Assembly (NCBI RefSeq): GCF_046119375.1
Contig: NW_027362773.1
Span: 213,838,001 to 213,902,000, forward strand
Source of the DNA: Phyllobates terribilis
Lineage: Eukaryota
Direction of reading: 5' to 3'
DNA: 64,000 nucleotides
A program made the position numbers and the translations under genes. The notes below the pieces were generated by a model, which saw only the letters and a list, made by a program, of their open reading frames with translations, did no database searches and was not told the origin of the DNA. Shown piece after piece: positions 50,801 to 60,016 of the stretch. Every line of letters begins with the position of its first letter. The stretch's first letter is position 1.

Positions 50801-53800
50801 GCACTAAAATGCTCGGGTGCTTGAAGCTCGGGCCAAGCTCACCGTGATACTCGGGTGCTCGACCCGAGCAACGAGCCCAATGTTAGTCTATGGGAGACCC
50901 GAGCATTTTTGCGGCGGCACCCCCGGCAGTCTGTAGAAAGCCTAAAAAGTGCCCAAAACGATAGTGACAGTGCTCAAATGACATGGGGACAACATGGGCA
51001 TCGCCCCAGGAAGCATTTCTGACCCCCAGGTCACTGCTGTCAACAACGTGGTCAGAGGTATTAAGCCACTTTTACGGGCTCACAATAAAACGTTCAAAAA
51101 CGAAACTGAAACGGTTTTCCTGTGAAATATGTTAAGGAACTTCCTTTCCAGGGTAAAGACTTGTGTATAAGGTAAAATAAATAACCAAAAACAAAAATAC
51201 TCCTCCACACCTTGGGCCATGTTCACAAGTAGTATTTTTTATGCGTTTTTGCACTTTTGTATTGCTTTCAACCGTGACAAATGCATTCACCGGGAAATGT
51301 CATTTTAACATTTTACAACCTTATCTGGCCATGTGCTGTGTGACACATGCATACAGTGCTGAAAATACATGGGAACAGCATGGGGAAGACCCCTGGAAGC
51401 ATCTCTGACAACCAGGTCACTGCCTAAAAGTGTGCCCATCAGAAGTGATCCTTGCCACATCAGAAGATGCAGACTTGCAACTATCCCTGTGCAAGTCCTT
51501 GTCCCAGGGCAGTGTTCAATTGTACCTCCCCCATTCCTTGCAATGCAAGCGCAAGTATGCAGCCTGCCACCCACCCACCCCCAGGCTGCAATACCATACT
51601 GCTAGCTTGCTTGCACTTGAAATTGGGCCTTTTGGGCATGTGGAGGCGGAATCTGGCCACCACGTCATGGCTGCTGTGGATGCTGTTTCTTGAGAAACTG
51701 CCATAACAAGTGAAGACTGAGAGGAGGGGGCATCTTTGCATGCAGTATGGACAGGGGATTGCCTTGCACGCACAACAGGGGGTTCTATTACACGCACAAC
51801 AGCGGAAGAAGCAGTGTTGACACCCGCTGACACTGGTCGTGGACCCTGGGGTTCACCCCACAAAGTCAGGTGCTTTGCTGACATGTGCCTGATCATGCTG
51901 GTGGTGGTCAGGCTGGTAGTTTTGTCACCCCTGCTGATGCTGGCATGGCAGGTGGTACAAATGGCCAGACTCTGGAAGACCTACCGGTTGTACTGGCAAC
52001 TTCCCTCGTGTTGGTGTTACGGGGAACTGTTGCCCGCCTTTTGTGTGCGGCCACCACACTGCTTCTTCCTGCCTGTTGGGGTACTCTGCCTCCCTCCTCT
52101 TGTGTGCTGCTGGCCTCGCTCTGCGTGTCCTCCTGCCACGTTGGGTCAGTTACTAGATCATCCACCACCTCCGCCTCTTCCACTTGCGCACCACGATCCT
52201 CCTCCTCACTTCGTGGCAATTGTGTCTCGTCGTCGTCCACCTCTTGTGACAAATTGCCAGCGTCGACTTTCTCTGGCCGTGGCTGTTCAAATATTTGGGC
52301 ATCGCTACATGGGATCTCCTCTTCCACCACTTCAAGCGGAGCAGGCGAGAGGCACAAATATGGAAATGGACCAGTGAACAGCTCTTCAGAGTGTCCAAGT
52401 GCGGGATCAGTTGCTGTCTGACGACACTCGGCTTCGTGGGAGGAAGGAGCATCAGGGTGAGGAGGAGTATTCGGTCGAGACTCACTGCTACTAAAACTTG
52501 ACCGTGTGGAAGACAGACCGGAGGTGGTGGTGCCCAGGTAACAGGAAGTATTATCTGCTATTCAATTAATAACCTGTTCACACTGATCAGTTCGCAATAC
52601 TAGTGTTGTAGTGTGCTTCCCTAATAATTCGGTCAAGAAGTGGAGCGAGAAGATGTGGCTGTTGGTTGTGGCACATTTTCACCTTGGCAACGGCCCCGTC
52701 CTCTACACGCACCATCACCAGAACGTTCAGTTCCACGTCCCTTGCCACGCGCCTTGCCCATTGTAAATGAAGTAAAATAGCTTACACTCGCACTATCAAT
52801 GGAAAAAGGGTAAGCAAAAGGAGATTAGAACCGTGGAAGAGGAAAACCACAGTTCTATTTCTCTGGCCTACAACAGAATCTTTTAAACAGATATATTTGT
52901 GTCTGAACACTGAGCGAGACACTCAATTTTTTTATTTTTTATGTAAAAAAGGCAAAAAGGTGGATAATACAGAGATTTGAACCGTGGAACTGCAAAACCA
53001 CAGTTATAGTTATGTGGCCTACACCAGACTCTTTTAAACAGATATATTTGTGTCTGAACAGTCAGGGAGACACTATTACTGTTTTTTTACGGAAAAAATG
53101 CCAAAAGCAGGATAATACAGAGATTTGAACCGTGGAACTGCAAAACCACAGTTCTAGTTTTCTGGCCTACACCAGACTCTTTTAAACAGATATATTTGTG
53201 TCTGACCTGTCAGGGAGACACTATTACTGTTTTTTTTTTACGTAAAAAATGCCAAAAGCAGGATAATACAGAGATTTGCAACCGTGGAACTGCGAAACCA
53301 CAGTCCTAGTTATCTGGCCTACATCAGACTCTTTTAAACAGATATATTTGTGTCTGAACAGTCAGGGAGACACTATTACTGTTTTTTTTTACGGAAAAAA
53401 TGCCAAAAGCAGGATAATACAGAGATTTGAACCGTGGAACTGCAAAACCACAATTCTAGTTATCTGGCCTACACCAGACTCTTTTAAACAGATATATTTG
53501 TGTCTGAACAGTCAGGGAGACACTATTACTGTTTTTTTTACGGAAAAAATGCCAAAAGCAGGATAATACAGAGATTTGAACCGTGGAACTGCAAAACCAC
53601 AGTTCTAGTTATCTGGCCTACAGCAGACTCTTTTAAACAGATATATTTGTGTCTGAACAGTCAGGGAGACACTATTACTGTTTTTTTTTACGGAAAAAAT
53701 GCCAAAGCAGGATAATACAGCGATTTGTACCGTGAAACTGCAAAACCAAAGTTCTTTTTATCTGGCCTACACCAGACTCTTTTAAACAGATATATTGGTG

Positions 53801-55146
53801 TCTGAACAGTCACAGACACACTCAATTTTTTTTTTTTGCGGGGGGGGATACCAAAAGGTTAATAAGACGCGTATTTGTACAGTCTGACTGAGGAAAAAAA
53901 AATACTGGATTTAGATAAAAAAAAAAAAAGGATTTTTCCTGGCCCCTGAGACCGGGGGATAAATCGAGCAATTTGACCAGCAGGAGCACACAGGACTGTA
54001 ATGCAGTGTTTGTTGGTATAACCACTGCATCTCCTATACAGCCTGCCTGCCTGATATCTGGGATGGATATTAGTCCTGAGAAGGACTGTTTGTTTGATTT
54101 GGCAGGCTTTAGAGACCCTACACTAACTATTTTGGAGTATAAATCTCTCCTTAGCTCAGCAGCACTGACCCTACACTGGCTGATCCGGAGCGACTGTGTC
54201 CAAGATGGCGGCGCCCGGTTTTAAATATTCGAGGTGACGCTGTGCGGCCAGCCAATCACTGTAATGCCCACAAACAACATGGCTGCGGCATTACATTGAC
54301 TGGCTGGCAATCCCTGTATGTTCATTGGCTCTGTAAAGAGCGCCAAACGTGCAGGATGGAGACCCGAGCTTCCGCCCGAGTAACCCGGAAATGCTCGGTG
54401 CTCGCCGAACATCCCGAGTAGTGAGATGCTCGGGCGAGTACCGAGCAGTGTCGAGCATCCTCGCTCAACACTAAAGAGTTGCTAAAAATAAGTGAATCCT
54501 TCTCTGACAGATTTGGCCACGTCTTACATAGTCACCCATTTATCATGGTATTAAAGACCAATATTTATTGAGTTGGTGTGAGTAGATTGTCAGGACCTGG
54601 TTCATCAGCCACGCCTATAGTTCCTGGCTGTTGAACGGTAGACCTGAGAATCATTTCCTATCTCCTCTATTTTTGATTAGCCGGCATGGCTCGACTTCGT
54701 CGTTGTTGTGTGAGACACATGTGAGATCGCACCAGGCTGGCTAATCAAAGGATCAGTCTCAGATCCCAAAAGATTACCAGCATAGCCAATGGACAGTGTC
54801 CTGTGAATCAATTTGCACCAAAATGTAACATCCTATTCTATGAACCAACAATGTACAAAGCAATGGCTGGATTATAAACTTTTATTACTTTTTAAAAAAC
54901 TTTTTAAAGTCTTTTGTGATTTCCAGGTTGTGGGATTTGCAGTTTTCTTTGCTTTGATCTTAAAGAAGGTAGATGAAGATGAAGAGGAACTTCTGGATAC
55001 AGAATTGGGGATAGCAGGTTCGTTCGTCTGTTCTACTTTTTAGATTGATCATTTCAGCTTTGATCATTGGGTATGTAAGCACGTGTTATACAATATTCCC
55101 TGAAATCATATAAAACCAAAACAGACCTCACCCAAAAAAAATAAAA

Positions 55147-55206
<60 letters not shown>

Positions 55207-56681
55207 TACAGACCAAAAGTTTGGACACACCTCATTTAAAGATTTTTCTGTGATTTCATGACTATGAAAATTGTACATTCACACTATGAATTAACACATG
55301 TGGAATTATATACTTAACAAAAAAGTGTGACACAACTGAAAATATGTTTTATATTCTAGGTTCTTCAAAGTAGCCACCTTTTCCTTTGATGACTGCTTTG
55401 CACACTCTTGGCATTCTCTTGATGAGCTTCAAGAGGTAGTCACCGGAAATGGTCTTCCAACAATCTTGAACGAGTTCCCAGAGATGCTTAGCACTTGTTG
55501 GCCCTTTTGCCTACACTCTGTGGTCCAGCTCACCCCAAACCATCTCGATTGGGTTCAGGTCTGGTGACTGTGGAGGCCTGGAGGTGTGTTTGGGGTCATT
55601 GTCCTGTTGAAAAATAAATGCTGGTCCAACTAAACGCAAACCGGATGGAATAGCATGCCGCTGCAAGATGCTGTGGTAGCCATGCTGGTTCAGTATGCCT
55701 TCAATTTTGAATAAATCCCCAACAGTGTAACCAGCAAAGCACCCCCACACCATCACACCTCCTCCTCCATGCTTCACGGTGGGAACCAGGCATGTAGAGT
55801 CCATCCGTTCACCTTTTCTGCGTCGCACAAAGACACGGTGGTTGGAACCAAAGATCTCAAATTTGTACTCATCAGACCAAAGAACAGATTTCTACTGGTC
55901 TAATGTCCATTCCTTGTGTTCTTTGGCCCAAACAAGTCTCTTCTGCTTGTTGCCTGCCCTTAGCAGTGGTTTCCTAGCAGCTATTTTACCATGAAGGCCT
56001 GCTGCACAAAGTCTCCTCTTAACAGTTGTTGTAGAGATGTGTCTGCTGCTAGAACTCTGTGTGGCATTGACCAAGTGTCTAATCTGAGCTGCTGTTAACC
56101 TGCGATTTCTGAGGCTGGTGAGTCGGATAAACTTATCCTCAGAAGCAGAGGTGACTCTTGGTCTTCCTTTCCTGGGGCGGTCCTCATGTGATCCAGTTTC
56201 TTTGTAGCGCTTGATGGTTTTTGCAACTGCACTTGGGGACACTTTCAAAGTTTTCCCAATTTTTCGGACTGACTGACCTTCATTTATTAAAGTAATGATG
56301 GTCACTCGTTTTTCTTTACTTAGTTGCTTTTTTCTTGCCATAATACAAATTCTAACAGTCTATTCAGTAGGACTATCAGCTGTGTATCCACCTGACTTCT
56401 GCACAACACAACTGATGGTCCCAACCCCATTTATAAGGCAAGATATCCCACTTATTAAACCCAACAGGGCACAACTGTGAAATGAAAACCATTTCCGGTG
56501 ACTACCTCTTGAAGCTCATCAAGAGAATGCCAAGAGTGTGCAAAGCAGTCATCAAAGCAAAAAGTGGCTACTTTGTGATGCCTTCAGTGTGAATGTACAA
56601 TTTTCATAGTCATGAAAATACAGAAAAATCTTTAAATGAGAAGGTGTGTCCAAACTTTTTGTCTGTACTGTATATATATAG

Positions 56682-56732
<51 letters not shown>

Positions 56733-57308
56733 GATATATATATGTAGATATATGTATATTATAGAATTGCTGCATTTGCATAACTTTAGGTGCCTATACA
56801 CCTTGGATTGCAAATGTAACAACCATTTCTCACCACATCCAATAAACACATGAATGCTCGGCTATGCATTTGTAGCATATCTACTATGTTCTGTTTTGAT
56901 GCGAATCCCAGAAGACATGTAGTAATTAGTGATGATCGAGCATATTCGTTGCTCGAGATTTACGAGCATGCTCGGGCGAGCGCCTATTATCTTCAGCATG
57001 CTCTAGCGTGAAGTTTTCATCGCTCCGTGAATATGATATGCAACTGATTGACAGCTTTAATACATGTGAGGAATGCTGGAAAACCAGGCATTCCTCACAT
57101 GTATTAAAGCTGTCAAACACTCGCAAATCATGCTCACGGAGCGACGAAAACTTAACGCCAGAGCATGCTGAGGATAATAGGTTCTCGCCCGAGCATGCTC
57201 TTAAATCTCGAGCAACGAGCATGCTCGATCATCACTAGTAGTAATGTAATGTAATTGTTGCTTTACATTGCAGATGAATATCAGACCTGTGATGAGACGG
57301 CACTGTGA
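26566..57308 (+). CDS. PKD1L3: Polycystin-1-like protein (PKD1L3 by synteny, PKD1L2-like TM region), about 1111 aa, lacking the TRPP channel module
   Basis: 23 exons with consistent splice phases, total 3336 nt (a multiple of 3), no internal stop. Domain order: signal peptide, CTL, GAIN/GPS (CLCNHLS), TM1, PLAT, TM2-5. Head-to-head with DHODH as in mammals. The family call is firm; the L3 versus L2 symbol and the last exon are less certain. Confidence 0.75.
28141..28469. mobile_element. Penelope-like inverted terminal-repeat pair (158-bp arms, 13-bp spacer), each arm with a hammerhead-like core
   Basis: Arms 28141-28298 and 28312-28469 with about 3 mismatches. CTGATGA-a-GAGAC-ctgagta-GTCTY-RAAAGCTT at 28367-28399 (+) and 28243-28211 (-). 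Confidence 0.75.
29590..29706 (+). CDS. PKD1L3: PKD1L exon: C-half of the C-type lectin
   Basis: cacag|VYNPRDRDILLQMLCPVL...SAPCLQPNGFICQT|gtaaga; 117 nt, phase 1-1. Confidence 0.85.
29825..29892 (+). CDS. PKD1L3: PKD1L exon (EGSRCQMERHQNVTRFTVRRDIK)
   Basis: ctttctttttgcag|...AAA|gtgagt; 68 nt, phase 1-0, required to restore frame. Confidence 0.75.
31099..32276 (+). mobile_element. Internally deleted Tc1 element
   Basis: TA|CAGGTGCATCTC...GAGATGCACCTA|TA; long TIRs; retains KFPQSVMVWGAMSSAGVGPL and the NPIEN region but lacks the DNA-binding domain. Confidence 0.9.
32643..32700 (+). CDS. PKD1L3: PKD1L exon with furin-type site (SHIFTGRRKRSVESSQDVP)
   Basis: catcag|...CCTG|gtaaga; 58 nt, phase 0-1. 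Confidence 0.75.
32796..32857 (+). CDS. PKD1L3: PKD1L exon (DLLDMARQLSNTTTMAANNIS)
   Basis: cttttag|...TCT|gtaggt; 62 nt, phase 1-0. Confidence 0.72.
32900..33660 (+). mobile_element. Degraded Tc1 fragment (family of 8253-9811, opposite strand)
   Basis: Remnants resembling FTDESRFTLS, ERYAACNTIQHD and WEGIPQDTI. Confidence 0.75.
34081..34143 (+). CDS. PKD1L3: PKD1L exon (DILIHLNFMMQDEEEPNKTDL)
   Basis: tacag|...CTG|gtgaga; 63 nt, phase 0-0 (symmetric, could be skipped). Confidence 0.6.
34582..35833. mobile_element. hAT-type MITE carrying a minisatellite
   Basis: CAGGGATGTCAAACTC...GAGTTTGACATG; near-TSD GCCTAGAA / GTCTAGAA. Confidence 0.75.
35060..35790. repeat. About 30-bp minisatellite (CACATAGTCCTCCATACAGTATAATGGCCC)n
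   Basis: About 24 copies, directly visible. Confidence 0.95.
35929..36096 (+). CDS. PKD1L3: PKD1L exon, GAIN-A region
   Basis: cacag|VDTLFLLNELSVW...SWTQSE|gtagat; 168 nt. Confidence 0.82.
36183..36301 (+). CDS. PKD1L3: PKD1L exon, GAIN region
   Basis: ttcag|IQSMTNSALGIMNEYQ...SFSVLLS|gtaacg; 119 nt, phase 0-2. Confidence 0.85.
36748..36871 (+). CDS. PKD1L3: PKD1L exon, GAIN region
   Basis: tccag|VNTSNINKYTLSYPDPVAEVVFPSRTALQSVL...VQVQ|gtaaga; 124 nt; resembles recalled PKD1L3 SYTLGHPAPVRLGFPS. Confidence 0.87.
37357..38094. mobile_element. hAT-type MITE
   Basis: CAGGCCTGCACAAC...GTTGTGCACTCCTG; near-TSD CGTTAGAG / CATTAGAG. Confidence 0.75.
38100..39318 (-). mobile_element. Degraded Tc1 element
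   Basis: Remnants GGGGIMFWAGI and WSPSCSDLSLIENLWSILK; terminal ...ataatttacagcactgtg|TA. Confidence 0.75.
39578..40485. mobile_element. MITE containing a 16-bp tandem array
   Basis: Termini resembling GGCTGCATTCA / TGAATGTAGCC; (AGAGCA[G/A]GTCCTCTTC)n at 39675-40230, about 34 copies. Confidence 0.75.
41038..41166 (+). CDS. PKD1L3: PKD1L exon, GAIN region
   Basis: tacag|MMSFSQNPY...ISGTVASLSV...HNLSDNFQ|gtcggt; 129 nt. Confidence 0.87.
42259..42466 (+). CDS. PKD1L3: PKD1L exon, GAIN region
   Basis: aacag|IFLPRTASS...LDLYHG...QSAL|gtatga; 208 nt, phase 0-1. Confidence 0.85.
42714..42895 (+). CDS. PKD1L3: PKD1L exon, start of the GPS motif
   Basis: tctag|DSYTWILTPD...QCAFWNANLQNWSSDGCL|gtacag; 182 nt. 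Confidence 0.93.
43082..45415. mobile_element. hAT (Charlie-like) non-autonomous element with internal palindrome and minisatellite
   Basis: TIR CAGGGGTCTCAAAC; TSD TTCTAGAC on both sides; palindrome of about 300 bp at 43156-43460. Confidence 0.9.
43575..45050. repeat. 30-31-bp G-rich minisatellite (GGGGACCTGGATGGGGCACATAGCCACAAGA)n
   Basis: Roughly 45-50 copies; source of the spurious long ORFs at 43451-44885. Confidence 0.95.
45424..46532. mobile_element. Second related hAT element, adjacent and inverted
   Basis: CAAGGGTCTCAAAC...TTTTGAGACCCTT; TSD TTCTAGAC on both sides; degenerate CCTGTAATAATGTCCC repeats at 45790-46320. Confidence 0.85.
46602..46832 (+). CDS. PKD1L3: PKD1L exon, GPS cleavage site and TM1
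   Basis: tgcag|VGPQTTVTKVQCLCNHLSVFGSSFLVLP...NPVIVVLV...WARRMD..MQ|gtagtc; 231 nt. Confidence 0.96.
47398..47499 (+). CDS. PKD1L3: PKD1L exon, start of the PLAT domain
   Basis: cccag|NRLIIPRDSDPCALYRYLITVCTGHRRGAGTSAK|gtaaga; 102 nt. Confidence 0.95.
47580..47758 (+). CDS. PKD1L3: PKD1L exon, PLAT domain
   Basis: gacag|VCLSLCGAE...VFRSGNVDVF...LGELKSITLNHDGSGAHKSW|gtaaga; 179 nt. Confidence 0.95.
47985..48131 (+). CDS. PKD1L3: PKD1L exon, end of the PLAT domain
   Basis: catag|YVTQVTVQD...WHFLCNTWLS...ELRSF|gtaacc; 147 nt. Confidence 0.95.
48430..48629 (+). CDS. PKD1L3: PKD1L exon, TM2
   Basis: gcaag|RNIFLQKT...DEHIWISI...FTRVQRVSCCMCLLLC..INLMFW|gtgagt; 200 nt. Confidence 0.95.
48709..48917 (+). 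CDS. PKD1L3: PKD1L exon, TM3 and basic loop
   Basis: cgcag|GNFILTWKDIMIAFESAILMFPVNLLIIYIFRNTRPK...VLK|gtgaga; 209 nt. Confidence 0.95.
49009..49150 (+). CDS. PKD1L3: PKD1L exon, cytoplasmic loop
   Basis: attag|DLSETVRTLSQTSRN...KQLTPG|gtgagt; 142 nt. Confidence 0.88.
50170..50392 (+). CDS. PKD1L3: PKD1L exon, cytoplasmic loop
   Basis: tctag|LSSSAP...FCAHYVFRKLKKVSQDL...LPSQ|gtaaga; 223 nt. Confidence 0.88.
50482..50689 (+). CDS. PKD1L3: PKD1L exon, TM4-TM5
   Basis: tgcag|...KKRLPWWFLFIGWSIL...FTMMYGFLYGKDSSIRWIVSM...FILQPLK|gtcagt; 208 nt. Confidence 0.95.
50788..54473. mobile_element. Non-autonomous hAT element (3686 bp) with transposase remnants
   Basis: TIR TAGTGTTGAGC; perfect 8-bp TSD AAGAGTTG (50780-50787 and 54474-54481); BED finger AICTTCH...MIRHMSAKH on the minus strand; subterminal GCTCG/CGAGC repeats. 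Confidence 0.93.
52830..53830. repeat. About 150-bp tandem repeat, roughly 6.5 copies, inside the hAT element
   Basis: The same text recurs at 53041 and 53341, and nearly at 53641; the ORF track shows a 50-aa period. Confidence 0.92.
54927..55017 (+). CDS. PKD1L3: PKD1L exon, end of TM5 and acidic linker
   Basis: tccag|VVGFAVFFALILKKVDEDEEELLDTELGIA|gttcgt; 91 nt, phase 0-1. Confidence 0.9.
55204..56670 (-). mobile_element. Tc1 transposon between (TA)n tracts; defective transposase
   Basis: CAGTACAGACCAAAAGTTTGGACACACCT TIRs; MARKKQLSKEKRVTII...; QQDNDPKHTSR joined directly to PPQSPDLNPIE (internal deletion). Confidence 0.93.
56927..57237. mobile_element. Palindromic hAT MITE (311 bp)
   Basis: TIR TAGTGATGATCGAGCAT; perfect TSD GTAGTAAT (56919-56926 and 57238-57245); fully fold-back. 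Confidence 0.92.
57274..57308 (+). CDS. PKD1L3: Probable terminal coding exon of the PKD1L gene (DEYQTCDETAL*)
   Basis: gctttacattgcag| acceptor; phase 1 gives 11 aa then TGA; AATAAA at 57584-57589. No homology support. Confidence 0.45.
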
Positions 57309-57799
57309 TGGATTTCCAGGCTCTCTGCACTCTCTCTCATTATATGCACCGGATCTACCTGGATCTTCTTTCATTTTATTGGGACAGATACATTCTGCAG
57401 CGCCGTATACAAATTTTACAAAGCTCCATTTCTTTTTTTCTCATGGTGTGTTTTATTTAGGTTTGTATTATGTATATAGGCAAACTATGGTATTGCCTTT
57501 ATGACCAGACACAGTTTTTTTTATTGCTTTTATATCAGTTAAAAAGTGAAGGATTTCAATTTTTTTTCTTCTTTTTCCATTAAAATAAATATATATTACT
57601 AGCAAATATTATTGACCTCCCTTTTGTAAAATTGCATTCCGCCAATTCTTGTTATAGGAAAATGCAGCTTATATGTAGCTTATAGAAGTGCAGAAGTTTT
57701 GTGCACCCCACAAGTGATGGAGAAAGCATTCACACTCGAGGTTTGCACTCCCAGACCAATAGAGGTGCTCTTCTGCCATTTCAAGATGGCAGAAGTTCA

Positions 57800-58182
57800 A
57801 AACTTTCTGCAAGACTTTTTCTGAGAGCAAAACTTTTTGCAAAACTGTTTGAGAGCAAAACTTTTTGCAAAACTTTCTGAGAGCAAAACGTTTTGCAAAA
57901 CTTTCTGAGAGCAAAACGTTTTTCAAAACTTTCTGAGAGCAAAACTTTTTGCAAAACTTTCTGAGAGCAAAACTTTTTGCAAAACTTTCTGAGAGCAAAA
58001 CTTTTTGCAAAACTTTCTGAGAGCAAAACTTTTTGCAAAACTTTCTGAGAGCAAAACTTTTTGCAAAACTTTCTGAGAGCAAAACTTTTTGCAAAACTTT
58101 CTGAGAGCAAAACTTTTTGCAAAACTTTCTGAGAGCAAAACTTTTTGCAAAACTTTCTGAGAGCAAAACTTTTTGCAAAACT
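57800..58182. repeat. 28-bp tandem repeat (GCAAAACTTTCTGAGAGCAAAACTTTTT)n
   Basis: About 13 copies; 28-aa period in the ORF track. Confidence 0.95.
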
Positions 58183-59607
58183 TCATGTCCACAGGGAAAT
58201 CGGCACCCAATTATGCAGATTTTGCTACAGTTTTCCTTTTTGCCTTTAAAAATAAAATCACCTTAGAAATTCCCTTTTTTCCAAAAATACTAAGTGTATA
58301 AAAGAAGTAACCTGTCCATTTTTCTGGCATTTTCTTCTAGGAAGCCAATCTAAAATGCTAGGAAGTCTATCAATATTATACAATAAAAGTTAATGACAAG
58401 GCTACAAAAATGCCGCAAAGACGCCGGGGCGACTTTTTGAGTATTTTGTAAGCGTTTTTTTTAAGCGTTTTCGCCTCATAAAACACTAGACTTTATTCAT
58501 GCTGAATGGGTTTAAAAAAATATCGGAAAATCGTCCAGAAAATAAAGCCATATAAAAACAGTTACAAAATGTTAACAAAATGCATCAGGAAAAAGTTGGC
58601 AAAAAACAACAACATTTCAGTACAAAAAAAGTCCACATTGAAAGAACAATTTTCCACTTGAAAAACTTGTTATATTTCACCATCTCAAAAATACTCTGTG
58701 TGAACCTACTCTTGGGCTATGTTCACTCAGAGTTTTGCAAATCTGATGATTTTTTTCAAGCAAAAACAGCTAGGAAACAATTCTTTTTTTGGTAAGTTTT
58801 TTGGAGGCGTTTTAATTTTCCTTAAGCAATGTTTACATGCAGCATTTTTGCTGTGTTTTTTTTTCTGCAGCCAAAACCTGCTCTCCTGGCAGGAAAAAAA
58901 ACACTGCAATCAAAATTTTTGCAGTGTTTTTGATGCATTTTTTGCATAGTATTTGGTTGGGGATTACATATGTGCTTTGTGCACAGTATATGTTTAATGT
59001 ATTTAATTTTATTCACCAAAAACGCTTCAAAAATGTGGTAAAAAATACTGTTGTGTTTTTTTGCAACGCTTTTTTACTTTCTCATTGCGTCACGTGTTTT
59101 TGAAATATATATATTTTTTAAGACGATTTTGAAGAGGATCCGCTCCAAATATCTCCATGTGAACATAGCCTTGGGTTTTTGTTTTTTTTTGTTAGCATCT
59201 GTCATCCCTTGAGAGGACCAGACAGAGGACCCTCTTCTGTGACATCTTCATAAGTCGTCACTGTCTTTAACGTTGGACAAAATGGTTTCCATACATCTTT
59301 CTCAGAAAAAGTATCGCACTAGGGAACAGTGGAACAGAATTTTTAACAATTTAGATTTTTTTATTTTATTTTAGGATTGAACAGACTTGTCTAGATGACG
59401 CATTACAGGCAATGTCATAATTATCTATATAACTTTTTATTATAATTTGTGTCTCTCTCCTGTAAAGTATGTTATACACTAATTTATGGAAACAATAACA
59501 TTTATTATGTGTCAATTTAATTAAAAATATAATAGAATGTAATACTATAAGAACGATGGTTTATGTGCATTGCTTCAGATCTGTATCACAGGCTGCTATG
59601 TATACAC

Positions 59608-60016
59608 TAGGCCTCATTTATCAAAACTATCCGGATGAAAAGCTGTCTTTGTTGTCCATAGCAACCAATCATGGCTCAGCTTTCATTTCATAAACTGCTC
59701 TGGGAAAATGAAAGCTGAGCCGTGATTGGTTGCTATAGGAAACAAAGACAAGTTTTCACTTAATCCTTATAAATGAGCCCGCCGTATATTCAGAGGAGTT
59801 AGACAATACTTGTACACCATGTTATGACTCTTTTCAGCCCTGCACTAGACATAACGCAGTAATGTAATCAAAACTGTCTTTGATGCCCATAACAACCAAT
59901 CACAGCGCAGCTTTCATTTTACCTGAGCACTTTAAGAAATGAAAGCTGTGCTCTGATTGGTTGCTATGGGCAACAGACACAGTACCTCTTTTTAACTGTA
60001 TTAATAAATGAGGCCT
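59608..60016. mobile_element. MITE with two internal fold-back units
   Basis: TA|GGCCTCATTTATCA...TAATAAATGAGGCC|TA; two CAACCAATCA..CAGCTTTCATTT..AAATGAAAGCTG..TGATTGGTTG units. Confidence 0.7.

Noticed and set aside
57274-57504. Phase-0 reading MNIRPVMRR...LYAPD as a continuation of PKD1L
   Set aside because: Needs a cryptic donor that removes the conserved VDEDEEE segment; no TM6 or channel similarity follows.
57669-58210. Lys-rich repetitive ORFs
   Set aside because: 28-bp tandem repeat artefact.
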